Source: an uncultured virus (IMG/VR IMGVR_UViG_3300008113_007374) | Lineage: Duplodnaviria; Heunggongvirae; Uroviricota; Caudoviricetes | DNA: 64,000 nucleotides | Virus record (IMG/VR): IMGVR_UViG_3300008113_007374 | Strand: one strand, 5' to 3' | In this document: piece by piece, positions 47,995-57,532 of the stretch | How the letters are laid out: every line of letters starts with the position of its first letter | Numbering within the stretch: position 1 is the stretch's first letter | Translations under genes and position numbers: made by a program | Notes under the pieces: model-generated | Database searches by the model: none | The model's input: only the letters and a program-made list of their open reading frames with translations | Told to the model about the DNA's origin: nothing

Positions 47995-50423
47995 TAAGAA
48001 GAACAACCAAAACAATCGAAATCTGAATTTTCAGGTTTTGGTGGTAAATTTATATTTGAATAATCTACCGTTGGTGTTTCGAATTTAACTTTTGGTTTTT
48101 CTTTTTTTGACATATCCAAAGCTAAATGTTTTGCTCCCGTTGAAATAGCCTTCGTTCTAACATAATAACAAAGTGTTTTTAATCCTCTTTCCCATGCATG
48201 AAAGTGAGATGAGGTAATCTTTGATAATGTTGGGTTAGCCATGTAAATATTCATCGATTGGGATTGGTCGATAAATGGTGCTCTGTCGGCTGCCATATCA
48301 ATAAGTTGTTTTTGTGAAATCTCCCAAATAGTTTTGTATTTAGGTATTAAATGTTCAATTCGTTTAACTTTTTTATTGTAATTTTTATCTTCACTATCTA
48401 AGTAATTATTGAAGTTGATATTCTGAATTGACCCTTCGTTGATGATTATTTCATTTTTCAAATCCTCACACCAAATACCAATTTTTTCAAAGTCATTAAT
48501 AAGGTATTTGTTAACAATCATAATTTCACCACCCACAACTCTTCTATTAAATAACGCCGAGTGTGCAGGTTCGGTCATTTCAAATGAACCTGTAATCTTA
48601 GCAGAAGACGCTACCGGCATTTGAGCGGTGAATAATGAATTACAAATTCCATGTTCTTTAACATTTTCTTTTAACTTATCCCAATCCCACATTCCTGAAA
48701 GATTGTCTTCATTTAATCCCCACATATCATATTGGAAAATACCTTTTGACATTGGTGAATTATTGAAGTATGTGTATTGTTGATACTTACCTTCTTTACA
48801 AAGTTGGTTACTTTCAAAAATAGCGGCATAATAGATAGTTTCAAAAATATCTTTATTTAATTTTTTAGCTTCCTCTGATGTGAATATATAATCCATTAAA
48901 TAGAATACATCGGCTAAACCTTGAGTTCCAATCGCGATTGCTCTTTGTTCTAAACCACCCTTTCTACCTTTTTCAGTTGAATAGTTATTAATATCAACAA
49001 CTTTATTCAAAGCTCTAACAACTTTTCTAACTTCGTTAAATAACAACTCAAAGTTAAATTTACCGCCCTCAACAAAGTTTTTAAGGACCATAGATGAAAG
49101 AGTACAAATCGCTGTCGTCTTTTCGTCGGTATATTGGTAAATCTCATTACAAAGATTGGATTGTTTAATTACACCAATATTTTGATGATTGGTTTTTTTA
49201 TTAGCATTATCTTTAGAACATAAATAAGGAACACCAGTTTCAATTTGTGATTCAATAATTTTACTCCAAATAGTTTGAGCAGATACTTTTTTACCTAACC
49301 CCATTTGAACTGCTCTATTATACATTTCTTCATATTCCTCTCCGTAACATTCTTGTAAAGGTTTTAAACCGGCCTTAATGATGTCATTAGGGCAAAACAA
49401 ATACCAATCTGAATTATTTTTTACCGCTCTCATAAAGTTATCGGGAATCCAAATTGCTGTAAATAAATCACGAGCTCTTAATTCTTCAGCACCTGTGTTC
49501 TTTTTAATATCTAATAAATCAATAATGTCTTTGTGCCATGGTTCGATGTATATCGCAGCACTTCCCGGTCTTCTTCCTTGTTGGTTAAAGTATCTTAATG
49601 ACTCATTAACAATTTTTAAATATTTTAACAATCCTCCTGCATAACCACCTGATGATGAAATTCTACTTTCTTTACTTCTGATGTTAGACATGGATAAACC
49701 AATACCTGCAGCGTCTGATGAGAATGTTGATATATCATTAAGTGTTCCAAGTAAACCGTCTCTTGAATCTGAATTATTATAATGTAATACACAAGAAGCA
49801 AGTTGGGGAACCTTAGTTCCAGCATTAATCATGATTGGGGTTGCCTTTGAAATCAATTGGTTGGACAACGATTTATAATATTCAGCGGCAGCCTCAAAAG
49901 AATCCGTAACCCATAAAGCAACTCTCATATACATATGTTGAGGTCTTTCAATTACTTGTCCGTTTGGTCTTTTTAACAAATACATTTCTTGTAATGAACG
50001 CCAAGCAAAGTAATCAAAATTATAGTCATTTTCATGGTTGATAACTGCGTCAATAGTGTCTTCACCATATTCTTTAATTGTTTCAATTAATTTTTCATTA
50101 ACAACACCATCCTCATATAGTAACATCATAGTTTGTGAAAAACTATCATTTGTTTCTTTATGATATGATGAAATAGCAACTGATGATGCCAATCTGGAAT
50201 AGTCGTGGTGACTACCAGTATATGATGCAGCGATTTCATATATCAATTTATCCAACTCTTTTGTTGTAATCTCACCCTCAGTTGGTACTGACGTTATCAC
50301 TTTGATGAATATTTCATCGGAGTTTACGCTAAGGCTTTTTGCCGCACGTTTTACTCTATTGTAAATTTTTTGTGGGTTAAATGAAGCACTTTCCCCTCCT
50401 CTTTTATTAATTTTTAATGACAT
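47994..50423 (-). CDS. nrdA: Ribonucleotide reductase class Ia alpha subunit
   Basis: ATP cone, ATP..NAG, SCVL, QSNLCNEI, MPVASS, DQSQS, CYYVR, C-terminal CFGCSS. Confidence 0.97.
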   Translation of the reverse strand: MSLKINKRGGESASFNPQKIYNRVKRAAKSLSVNSDEIFIKVITSVPTEGEITTKELDKLIYEIAASYTGSHHDYSRLASSVAISSYHKETNDSFSQTMMLLYEDGVVNEKLIETIKEYGEDTIDAVINHENDYNFDYFAWRSLQEMYLLKRPNGQVIERPQHMYMRVALWVTDSFEAAAEYYKSLSNQLISKATPIMINAGTKVPQLASCVLHYNNSDSRDGLLGTLNDISTFSSDAAGIGLSMSNIRSKESRISSSGGYAGGLLKYLKIVNESLRYFNQQGRRPGSAAIYIEPWHKDIIDLLDIKKNTGAEELRARDLFTAIWIPDNFMRAVKNNSDWYLFCPNDIIKAGLKPLQECYGEEYEEMYNRAVQMGLGKKVSAQTIWSKIIESQIETGVPYLCSKDNANKKTNHQNIGVIKQSNLCNEIYQYTDEKTTAICTLSSMVLKNFVEGGKFNFELLFNEVRKVVRALNKVVDINNYSTEKGRKGGLEQRAIAIGTQGLADVFYLMDYIFTSEEAKKLNKDIFETIYYAAIFESNQLCKEGKYQQYTYFNNSPMSKGIFQYDMWGLNEDNLSGMWDWDKLKENVKEHGICNSLFTAQMPVASSAKITGSFEMTEPAHSALFNRRVVGGEIMIVNKYLINDFEKIGIWCEDLKNEIIINEGSIQNINFNNYLDSEDKNYNKKVKRIEHLIPKYKTIWEISQKQLIDMAADRAPFIDQSQSMNIYMANPTLSKITSSHFHAWERGLKTLCYYVRTKAISTGAKHLALDMSKKEKPKVKFETPTVDYSNINLPPKPENSDFDCFGCSS

Positions 50424-50433
50424 AGTTTATAAT

Positions 50434-51381
50434 TTAAAAATCGTCTGTAAATGTTATGGTTTCGTTTAACTTCGCTTTTTGGTATTCAACTGTTCTAGAC
50501 TCAAAGAAATTACCTTTTGTTTCCACAGCGATTTGTTCCATGAATTTAAACGGTTGTTCAACGTTAAATTCTTTAGAACAACCTAACTTAACTAATAATC
50601 CATCAACAACAAATTCCAAATATTGTTTCATTAAATTAGAATTCATACCAATTAAAGAAACAGGTAGAGATTCTGTGATAAATTCTTTTTCAATTTCTAA
50701 AGCTGACAAAATAATTTCTTTTATTCTTTTTTCTGATGGTCTTTTTTCTACGTGATTATTCAATAAGTGAATTGCAAAATCACAATGTAAATTTTCATCT
50801 TTAAAAATAAGTGAGTTAGCGTTACATAGTCCTTGCATAATACCTCTTGATTTCAACCAAAAGATTGAACAGAATGAACCTGAAAAAAAGATACCTTCAA
50901 CCGCGGCGAACGCAACTAATCTTTCAGCAAACGAAGCATTTTCAATCCACTCTAAAGCCCACTTAGCTTTCTTTTGAACTGCAGGTAATCTATCAATCGC
51001 GTTAAAACATTCATCCTTTTCTTTTGGATTATTGATGTAAGTGTCAATCAATAATGAATACATAAGTGAGTGAATGTTTTCCATTGCTAATTGCATCCCA
51101 TAAAAGAATTTAGCCTCAGGGTATTGAACCTCTCTATAAAAGTTTTCGGCTAAATTTTCATTTACGATACCATCAGATGCCGCAAAAAATGATAAAACAT
51201 TTTTAACAAAATATTGTTCATTCTCAGTAAGAGATTCCCAATCTCTGATGTCATTTGTTAAATCGATTTCTTCAGCGGTCCAAAACGCTGCTTGGTGTTG
51301 TTTGTAAAATTCCCATATATCATTGTGTTCAATTGGGAAGATAACGAACCGACCAGGATTTTCTGTTAATATTTTTTCCAT
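50434..51381 (-). CDS. nrdB: Ribonucleotide reductase class Ia beta subunit
   Basis: [48 protein letters not shown]. Confidence 0.97.
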   Translation of the reverse strand: MEKILTENPGRFVIFPIEHNDIWEFYKQHQAAFWTAEEIDLTNDIRDWESLTENEQYFVKNVLSFFAASDGIVNENLAENFYREVQYPEAKFFYGMQLAMENIHSLMYSLLIDTYINNPKEKDECFNAIDRLPAVQKKAKWALEWIENASFAERLVAFAAVEGIFFSGSFCSIFWLKSRGIMQGLCNANSLIFKDENLHCDFAIHLLNNHVEKRPSEKRIKEIILSALEIEKEFITESLPVSLIGMNSNLMKQYLEFVVDGLLVKLGCSKEFNVEQPFKFMEQIAVETKGNFFESRTVEYQKAKLNETITFTDDF

Positions 51382-51394
51382 AATAAAATTTAAA

Positions 51395-52783
51395 TTAATT
51401 ACTTTTTGATTCTTGTTCTTTCTGCTTTTTCTTTTCTAAAAGCTCTCGAACTCTATTTCTATTTTTTTCTTCTTTTTGTTCTTCTAAACCTAAGAACGTT
51501 ACACTTTGTTCTGTGTCTATATCAAGCATTGCATTATCAAACTTACAGTTTTCAAAGACAATACCGTCTTTTCCAATTCTTGATTTTGTAATTGCTATCG
51601 TCGCTAAGTTCATTTCTTTTTGTTGTAAACTTTTAGCGACAGTTATAATTACGTGACCCACTTGTGCCTTTTTAATTGACCCACCCATTTGGTCTGTAGT
51701 AACAACTTCAGATGATATTGAATTTCTATTACCCTGAGTTGCAGTCCAACCGGCAATATCTAATTCATGACACATAGCCTCAAATGCTCTCATTACTGAA
51801 CCTTCACTTTTCCACTCATCACTTAACATTTTATCAGGAACCACACAATCAATATAGTCTAAAATGATAACATCAATCTTTGTTCCTTCGGCTATCATTT
51901 TTCTAACTTGATTTTTTATTTGGTTCATTGTTACCGTATCCGAAGGTAACTTTTTCAATATCAACTTATTTTTCATAGTTGATTGAATGTGTCTAACTTT
52001 TTCTACTACATCATCTCTGTTTTCAGTTAAATCATCAGGATGCATTCCAGTCCAAAGTGTAATATGTTTTCTTTGTATGATTTTTGGGTTATCCTCAAAA
52101 AACACTTGTAAAACATTATAACCTAAATTAAATGCATGGTTAGCAATTTTTGTAGTGAAAGTTGATTTACCTACACCTGTGGGTGCTAAGATAACACCAA
52201 TTTCTCCTTTTGCCAAACCGCCACGAAGAAGATTGTCAATACCTGGAACTCCAATTGGAATGGGGTGTCTATAATCGTCATCTAAAACCTCATCAAGGTT
52301 GAAGAAAACATCGGTTGTCCCTTTATCTACTTCACCAACTTGTAACGCTCCTCTAACCATTTCTTCTAAGTGGTCATAACTTTCAAATTCACCTTTATCA
52401 ATAATTGATTGGGCTTTAGTCATAACTTTCTGTAGTTCTTGTTGTTTACAGAATTTAAGTGACTTTTCTTGAACAAACATTGAACCTTCGTCTGATACGT
52501 TTTTTACTTGGTCTAAGGTATCTAAAATACTTTTTTGAGCCATTGGTGATGAAACCTCCGATTTTGTTAACTGCTCTAATGTATCAAAGGTTGGGGTATG
52601 TTCATATTTGGAATAATATTCCTTAATCATTTGACAAATAATTCTAAAATATTGGTTGTCAAAATAGTGTGGGTCGATAACTTCAAGGATGGAATTTGAG
52701 AAATCTTTATATAGTATAATGTTATTCAATAATTGAATTTGAAAAGTGTTTCCCAGGTATCCAAAGCTTTTTTTATCTGACAT
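51395..52783 (-). CDS. Replicative DnaB/gp41-like helicase
   Basis: Walker A APTGVGKS, Walker B IILDYID, TATQGNR and KSR. Confidence 0.93.
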   Translation of the reverse strand: MSDKKSFGYLGNTFQIQLLNNIILYKDFSNSILEVIDPHYFDNQYFRIICQMIKEYYSKYEHTPTFDTLEQLTKSEVSSPMAQKSILDTLDQVKNVSDEGSMFVQEKSLKFCKQQELQKVMTKAQSIIDKGEFESYDHLEEMVRGALQVGEVDKGTTDVFFNLDEVLDDDYRHPIPIGVPGIDNLLRGGLAKGEIGVILAPTGVGKSTFTTKIANHAFNLGYNVLQVFFEDNPKIIQRKHITLWTGMHPDDLTENRDDVVEKVRHIQSTMKNKLILKKLPSDTVTMNQIKNQVRKMIAEGTKIDVIILDYIDCVVPDKMLSDEWKSEGSVMRAFEAMCHELDIAGWTATQGNRNSISSEVVTTDQMGGSIKKAQVGHVIITVAKSLQQKEMNLATIAITKSRIGKDGIVFENCKFDNAMLDIDTEQSVTFLGLEEQKEEKNRNRVRELLEKKKQKEQESKSN

Positions 52784-52823
52784 ATTTTTTGATTTTTTTA
52801 ATTGTTGTATATGATAAATATGA

Positions 52824-53276
52824 TTAGATTAACGAATAATTCATATAGTTGTAAGATAAATTTTTAGCTGAAAAAATGTCAGTAAGGTTCTTCAATATGT
52901 TTTTTATTGATGGTCTTACATCCAGCGTATATCTTACCTTTGGGGGGTATAATTTAGCGTCAATAATATAATGACAAATTGTCTCATTTCCGATTCTTAA
53001 AATAATGTTAAATCTTTCAGGACCGTCTGTATTTGATGTTTCTAAAACACTTGAGTCTTCTTCAATTTGAAATCTATTTTCCAACATATAAACCGCACAT
53101 TTGTTGCGAAGTTGGTTTTTTAAATCTTCTCTTAGCCCATACATGTAGTTTATCAATTCTACACTTCCTTTTGTTTTAGGATTATAACCTTTAACGTTAA
53201 AAAATCTTTGAACCACGAAATTATCATTTAGTGTTATAAGAAATTCAACTTTTGTTACGTCGTTTTGTTCTTTCAT
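52824..53276 (-). CDS. Hypothetical protein in the replication cluster
   Basis: 150-aa ORF. Confidence 0.8.
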   Translation of the reverse strand: MKEQNDVTKVEFLITLNDNFVVQRFFNVKGYNPKTKGSVELINYMYGLREDLKNQLRNKCAVYMLENRFQIEEDSSVLETSNTDGPERFNIILRIGNETICHYIIDAKLYPPKVRYTLDVRPSIKNILKNLTDIFSAKNLSYNYMNYSLI

Positions 53277-53280
53277 AATT

Positions 53281-54288
53281 TTACTTTTTGTTTTTGAATT
53301 TTGACTTTTCTTTTCTTGTTAACTTTAAAAATGGTTTTAAAAAATAAACCCAACTATCATCACTCTTTGGTAAGTATTTGAATAATCCATCTTCCATCAT
53401 CATTCGAATAAGATTCTTATAACCTCTCCCATCAGGGTCTAATGATTCTGAATAATACGATTGAACAAGTTCTTTACCCTCTTCATTTATCAAAGGTTCA
53501 CTTAGGTCTACAAGTTTTTTGTTAATGACATAAAACTCTTCACCAAAAACACCTTCTTTTGTCTTTCCCGATAAAAGATTTTGTAATGATTTGTTATCTT
53601 TATTTTCTTTAAGTAACTCTTCTCCTTTAGACAAAATATCGGACAATTCAACGTGATTTTCAAGTAACTCAGGAAAAAACTTGAATAATGTTTTTTCACC
53701 CAAATAGAAAATACCGTCAATGTTGTCTGAACTATCTCCAGTAAGAATTTTGATTGTTTTGACATTATAATGGGGAACTTCAAAATCACTCATTTTAATA
53801 GTGTCCCCCATCTTATAATATCTTTTTGTGGATGGTGAATAGATAGATACCTTTTCAGAAATTAATTGTGTAAGGTCTCTATCACTTGAGAATATAGTTT
53901 TATCCTCGTCTTCAGAAATCTGACAATAATAAGCAATTAAATCATCGGCCTCAGAATGTTCAACTTGAACTTGTCTTACAAACATCTCTTCAAGATATTG
54001 TTTAACTCGTTGTTTTTGACCTTCACAAGATTCTTCTTTATACTCATTAGATGGTTCACGTCGATTTAACTTATATTTAGGGTATATAAGTCTTCTTTGT
54101 GACGAATTAGTTTCACTATCCCAAAATACAACTACTTTGTTATAGTTATTTTCATCTATGAACTTTCTTAAAGTATTTAAAAAGTGCCAAATAGCACCAA
54201 TATGTTGCCCGTTGTGAAAGTAATCTTTCACACCATGAAAACCAATTTTAATTAAATTGTTTCCATCAACCAATAAGGTTTTTGTCAC
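53281..54288 (-). CDS. 5'-3' exonuclease / flap endonuclease (PolI N-domain, T4 RNase H-like)
   Basis: LLVDGNN, YKLNR, EADDLIA, SSDRDL and GDSSDNIDG. Confidence 0.93.
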   Translation of the reverse strand: MTKTLLVDGNNLIKIGFHGVKDYFHNGQHIGAIWHFLNTLRKFIDENNYNKVVVFWDSETNSSQRRLIYPKYKLNRREPSNEYKEESCEGQKQRVKQYLEEMFVRQVQVEHSEADDLIAYYCQISEDEDKTIFSSDRDLTQLISEKVSIYSPSTKRYYKMGDTIKMSDFEVPHYNVKTIKILTGDSSDNIDGIFYLGEKTLFKFFPELLENHVELSDILSKGEELLKENKDNKSLQNLLSGKTKEGVFGEEFYVINKKLVDLSEPLINEEGKELVQSYYSESLDPDGRGYKNLIRMMMEDGLFKYLPKSDDSWVYFLKPFLKLTRKEKSKFKNKK

Positions 54289-54309
54289 TTTTTTGTTTTT
54301 TAATTGTTA

Positions 54310-55317
54310 CTACTCTACTTCTTCTTTTTCTGTTTTCAAATCAAAGTCACCATCAACTCCGATTATTTCCTTCCAATACTCAGCATATTCTTTCTTATAC
54401 TTTTCTACGGAAGCTTTCTCCTCTGTAGTATCTTTACCCGGTAAGAACCCGTGTGGCGTTACGATAATTCTACCATCTTCAAACCCAAGTCCGTTGATGT
54501 GGTTTTTCATAACAGATACTTTTGTTCTTGTAGCAAACTTAACTGTTCGTTTGTCTTTAGTTGCTGTAATCTTAGTTGTGCCCGCACCTTTTTGATTTCC
54601 GAACAAGAACACTAACGATGAGTTTAACCAAATTGCTTCACCACCTTTTGCTTTAATTTTGGGTTGACCGAACGGATTGTCAGGTAATTCCACCCATGGT
54701 TGATTAACAATGATTAAGGTATTTTCGTATTTAGAATCTGATTTACGAGACCCCGAAATACGTTGGTTGATACCCATACCAATTTTGTCGGCCAATGTTG
54801 ATGCGTTGTGTTGTTTACCACCTTTACCTTCATAAGTCATCTTACAAGGAACAGACCCTACTGAATCCCATAAGAAACATAATGAATATTCTAATTCACC
54901 CTTTTCTTGAGCATCTAACAAACTATTAATATAATCTGTAATTTGTTCGATGTATTCAAAATTGTTGTTGAATATAAAAAATCCGTCCCAATCAAGTTCA
55001 CCCGTTTCTTCGTCAACCACTTCTTCACATTCAAACCCCATTAGTTTTGCGTGTTCAAAAGACCACTTCTGTTCTGTAATAATGAATACAGGTAGAATAC
55101 CTTTCTTTTGTGCATCAACCGCAGTTTTAACTAATGCTGTAGTTTTTCCTGTGTCAGAGTGACCTAACAACATATTAAGGTGTCCAATAGCGGGACCTGG
55201 TAAACCAACCGCATCCAAGAAGTCAGAACCCAAATCAAAAAATCTTTGTGGTTTATACTTCGCCGATGTGGAGAATTTTTTCTTTAATGAACCGAAATCG
55301 TTTTTCTTAATGGCCAT
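54310..55317 (-). CDS. RecA/UvsX-like recombinase
   Basis: Walker A GHSDTGKT, Walker B LWDSVG, IVNQ, KGGEA and KNH. Confidence 0.88.
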   Translation of the reverse strand: MAIKKNDFGSLKKKFSTSAKYKPQRFFDLGSDFLDAVGLPGPAIGHLNMLLGHSDTGKTTALVKTAVDAQKKGILPVFIITEQKWSFEHAKLMGFECEEVVDEETGELDWDGFFIFNNNFEYIEQITDYINSLLDAQEKGELEYSLCFLWDSVGSVPCKMTYEGKGGKQHNASTLADKIGMGINQRISGSRKSDSKYENTLIIVNQPWVELPDNPFGQPKIKAKGGEAIWLNSSLVFLFGNQKGAGTTKITATKDKRTVKFATRTKVSVMKNHINGLGFEDGRIIVTPHGFLPGKDTTEEKASVEKYKKEYAEYWKEIIGVDGDFDLKTEKEEVE

Positions 55318-55318
55318 A

Positions 55319-55540
55319 TTATAATTCGTATAATTTAAATTCTGTTATGGTTTCTAACTTATCTTTTGCGTCGGTAAGTTGTCCAACCAAATTGTCCATT
55401 TCTTCTGTGTGTTGTGGATGTTCTCCAATTCCAACAGGGTTTGTAAAATAAACATATAAACGTGCTTCAGCGTCAGCAATCTCTGCTTCATACTTTTTGA
55501 TTAAAGCGTCTTTTAGTTTTTCTGCAATAATTGGTTTCAT
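55319..55540 (-). CDS. Small phage protein (GIGEHP motif)
   Basis: 73-aa ORF containing NPVGIGEHPQ. Confidence 0.75.
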   Translation of the reverse strand: MKPIIAEKLKDALIKKYEAEIADAEARLYVYFTNPVGIGEHPQHTEEMDNLVGQLTDAKDKLETITEFKLYEL

Positions 55541-55562
55541 GTTTTTGTTTTAATTAGTTAAT

Positions 55563-55599
55563 AAAAAAAGCATGGACACTTGCAAGGTATCCATGCTTT
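55563..55599 (-). terminator. Intrinsic terminator after SSB
   Basis: AAAGCATGGA..TCCATGCTTT hairpin with a T-run on the minus strand. Confidence 0.75.
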
Positions 55600-55607
55600 G
55601 ATAAAAT

Positions 55608-56462
55608 TTAGAATGGCAAATCTTCTGCAGGTTCGTCATTTGCTTGTGGGTCTGCAGGAGCAGGTGTTTCTTGTTTTGTCCCCCCAAGTGAGATTTCTGC
55701 TTCTTCTCCGTATACATACTTTTTAAGTTCAGAAGACCAAATTGGAGTTTCGCCAACTGCAACTGCCTCTAAGTATTCTACAGGTTTTTTTGAATACGCA
55801 TCATTCCACGTAAGTTCATCTTGGAGCCATCCTTCCATAATTCCTTTATCTTCGTGAAGTGGTTGAGGGTCATCATACATGATTGTTTGAATAACCGTGT
55901 ATTCTTTTCCTTGTGGTGTTTTTGCCTTTGTAAGTTCGATGATTAAATCACGTCCTTTTTCAGCATCTGTAACGTCACCTTTAGCTTTCCAAATTGGTAA
56001 GATTTTATCTAACACTCCTTCTTGTTTGTAGTTGTGTTTGAATCTCCAAAATTTAACACCGTCTTGTTCGTTGTCACGGTCAATTACTTTTACAATGTAA
56101 AATAAACGTGAACGGTACTGAGATGCCAATTCTTTATCCTCTTTCTTACCTGTCGAAATTAGTTCATTATAAACTTCAGTCAATGGTGAACGTTGGTTGT
56201 CATTTTTATCGGGGTCATACAACTTAACCCATTGTCCGTTTACTTGAATTTCGTGATACCACACTTCAACAAATGGTGAAGAACCATCTTTTGTAGGTAA
56301 GATACGGATTCTACGAGATGCGGATTTTTCATTCTTTTGAAGAATAGCTGAAAAATACTTTTTCAATCTGTCTTCTTGTGAGATGTTTGATTTTTGCGAA
56401 CTTGATGTGGTCGCGTTCTTTTCGTACTGTGCTAGTACTGAATCTAATACTGAATTTGCCAT
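55608..56462 (-). CDS. Single-stranded DNA-binding protein (T4 gp32-like); start re-assigned to MANSVLD
   Basis: RIRILP, VIDRD, GRDLII and acidic tail ending EDLPF; the ORF-track start at 56543 lies upstream of the promoter. Confidence 0.85.
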   Translation of the reverse strand: MANSVLDSVLAQYEKNATTSSSQKSNISQEDRLKKYFSAILQKNEKSASRRIRILPTKDGSSPFVEVWYHEIQVNGQWVKLYDPDKNDNQRSPLTEVYNELISTGKKEDKELASQYRSRLFYIVKVIDRDNEQDGVKFWRFKHNYKQEGVLDKILPIWKAKGDVTDAEKGRDLIIELTKAKTPQGKEYTVIQTIMYDDPQPLHEDKGIMEGWLQDELTWNDAYSKKPVEYLEAVAVGETPIWSSELKKYVYGEEAEISLGGTKQETPAPADPQANDEPAEDLPF

Positions 56463-56497
56463 AAATAAATTTTTAATTATTACTCTTTTATCTACAA

Positions 56498-56528
56498 CAA
56501 ATATAGGTGAATATTCAAGTTTGTCAAA
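56498..56528 (-). promoter_or_regulatory. Bacteroidota primary-sigma promoter for the SSB/replication cluster
   Basis: Minus strand TTTG-N19-TATATTTG. Confidence 0.8.
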
Positions 56529-56530
56529 TA

Positions 56531-56554
56531 AAAAAGGGGACAAACGCCCCCTTT
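56531..56554 (-). terminator. Intrinsic terminator
   Basis: AAAGGGG-N-CCCCTTT hairpin with a T-run on the minus strand. Confidence 0.6.
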
Positions 56555-56580
56555 ATTTATATTAAAAATTATGTGTAAAA

Positions 56581-57270
56581 TTACATATTGTCTTCTTCAT
56601 TATCGTAAATGTTAAATGTTTTTTTAACTTCGTTAGGTGAAAAATTCTCAACCTCATCTGAAGTTAATACATATTCATTTTTTCCTGTTTCTTCCATTTC
56701 ATCTTTTTTGTCATCAAAAAAATCAGTTAGTTTTTGATTATATGGATAAGAGTCCAAAGAACGTAACATCAATTTTTCTTCAGGTGTTTTTTCTCTGTAT
56801 TTATCAAATTTAGATTCCAAATCATTTATCTTATTCATTATTTGGTCCATGTTCTCTAACTTAGATGCTAAATCATCAAGTTTAGAAAACATACTATCCA
56901 TGAACTCATCTTGTTTAGCTTGTATTTCTTGTTGTGATGTTACAAGGTCCGTAATATCAATTTCTTCTGATTCTTCATCTTCACCACCTTTTGCTTCTCC
57001 ACCCACTTCTTCAACATCAGGGTCATTTTCAATATCAACAGGTTCAGGAATAGCCTCTCCCCCTGCTGGTGCTGCTCCCGCATCAGGTGCCGGTGCCGCC
57101 CCTGCATCAGGTGCCGGTGCTGCTCCTGCATCAGGTGCCGGTGCTCCCGCTTCGGGCGCTGGTGGTAAATCACCTTCAGGTGCCGGTGGTTCGGGTTGTT
57201 CATTAAGAATGTATGAATTAATTTGGTTAAAACGTTTTAATTCTTCTAAAATTTTTCTTTCTATACTCAT
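56581..57270 (-). CDS. Acidic protein with (PAPDAGAA)n repeats and coiled coil
   Basis: 24-bp tandem repeats at ~57065-57160; N-terminus KILEELKRFNQINSYILNEQ. Confidence 0.85.
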   Translation of the reverse strand: MSIERKILEELKRFNQINSYILNEQPEPPAPEGDLPPAPEAGAPAPDAGAAPAPDAGAAPAPDAGAAPAGGEAIPEPVDIENDPDVEEVGGEAKGGEDEESEEIDITDLVTSQQEIQAKQDEFMDSMFSKLDDLASKLENMDQIMNKINDLESKFDKYREKTPEEKLMLRSLDSYPYNQKLTDFFDDKKDEMEETGKNEYVLTSDEVENFSPNEVKKTFNIYDNEEDNM

Positions 57271-57280
57271 TTTTATATTC

Positions 57281-57508
57281 TTAACCGTTTAGTAATGTTT
57301 TAACTCCTTGTGGAGTTTCGACTCTTAATGTTCTATTTGTTTTCATGGTATTATCCACTCTTTCAATTAAACCATCTTTCATTCTGATAGTATAACAATC
57401 GCCTGTGTCTAAGTCACAAACTTCCTGATACCCATTACCCGCATCTTTTTGAGTAACTCTTGTATCTTTTTTTAAATAATCGTCTAATAGTGCTTTCATA
57501 TTATTCAT
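57281..57508 (-). CDS. Small hypothetical protein
   Basis: VCDLDTGDCYTI motif; TATTTATA upstream. Confidence 0.75.
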   Translation of the reverse strand: MNNMKALLDDYLKKDTRVTQKDAGNGYQEVCDLDTGDCYTIRMKDGLIERVDNTMKTNRTLRVETPQGVKTLLNG

Positions 57509-57532
57509 AGCATTTTATTATATAAATATATC

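Noticed and set aside
47994..51381. Eukaryotic giant-virus origin suggested by the eukaryote-like RNR, GT60 and EF-hands
   Set aside because: Sigma-70, bacterial promoters and terminators, coupled operons and contractile-tail baseplate genes indicate a bacteriophage; this RNR type also occurs in Bacteroidota
47994..52783. Inteins or introns in NrdA, NrdB or the helicase
   Set aside because: Lengths are ordinary, with no splice motifs or homing endonuclease insertions
25062..57160. Tandem repeats as CRISPR arrays or DGR template/variable repeats
   Set aside because: All are in-frame coding repeats without unique spacers; no cas gene, reverse transcriptase or adenine-specific repeat pair was seen
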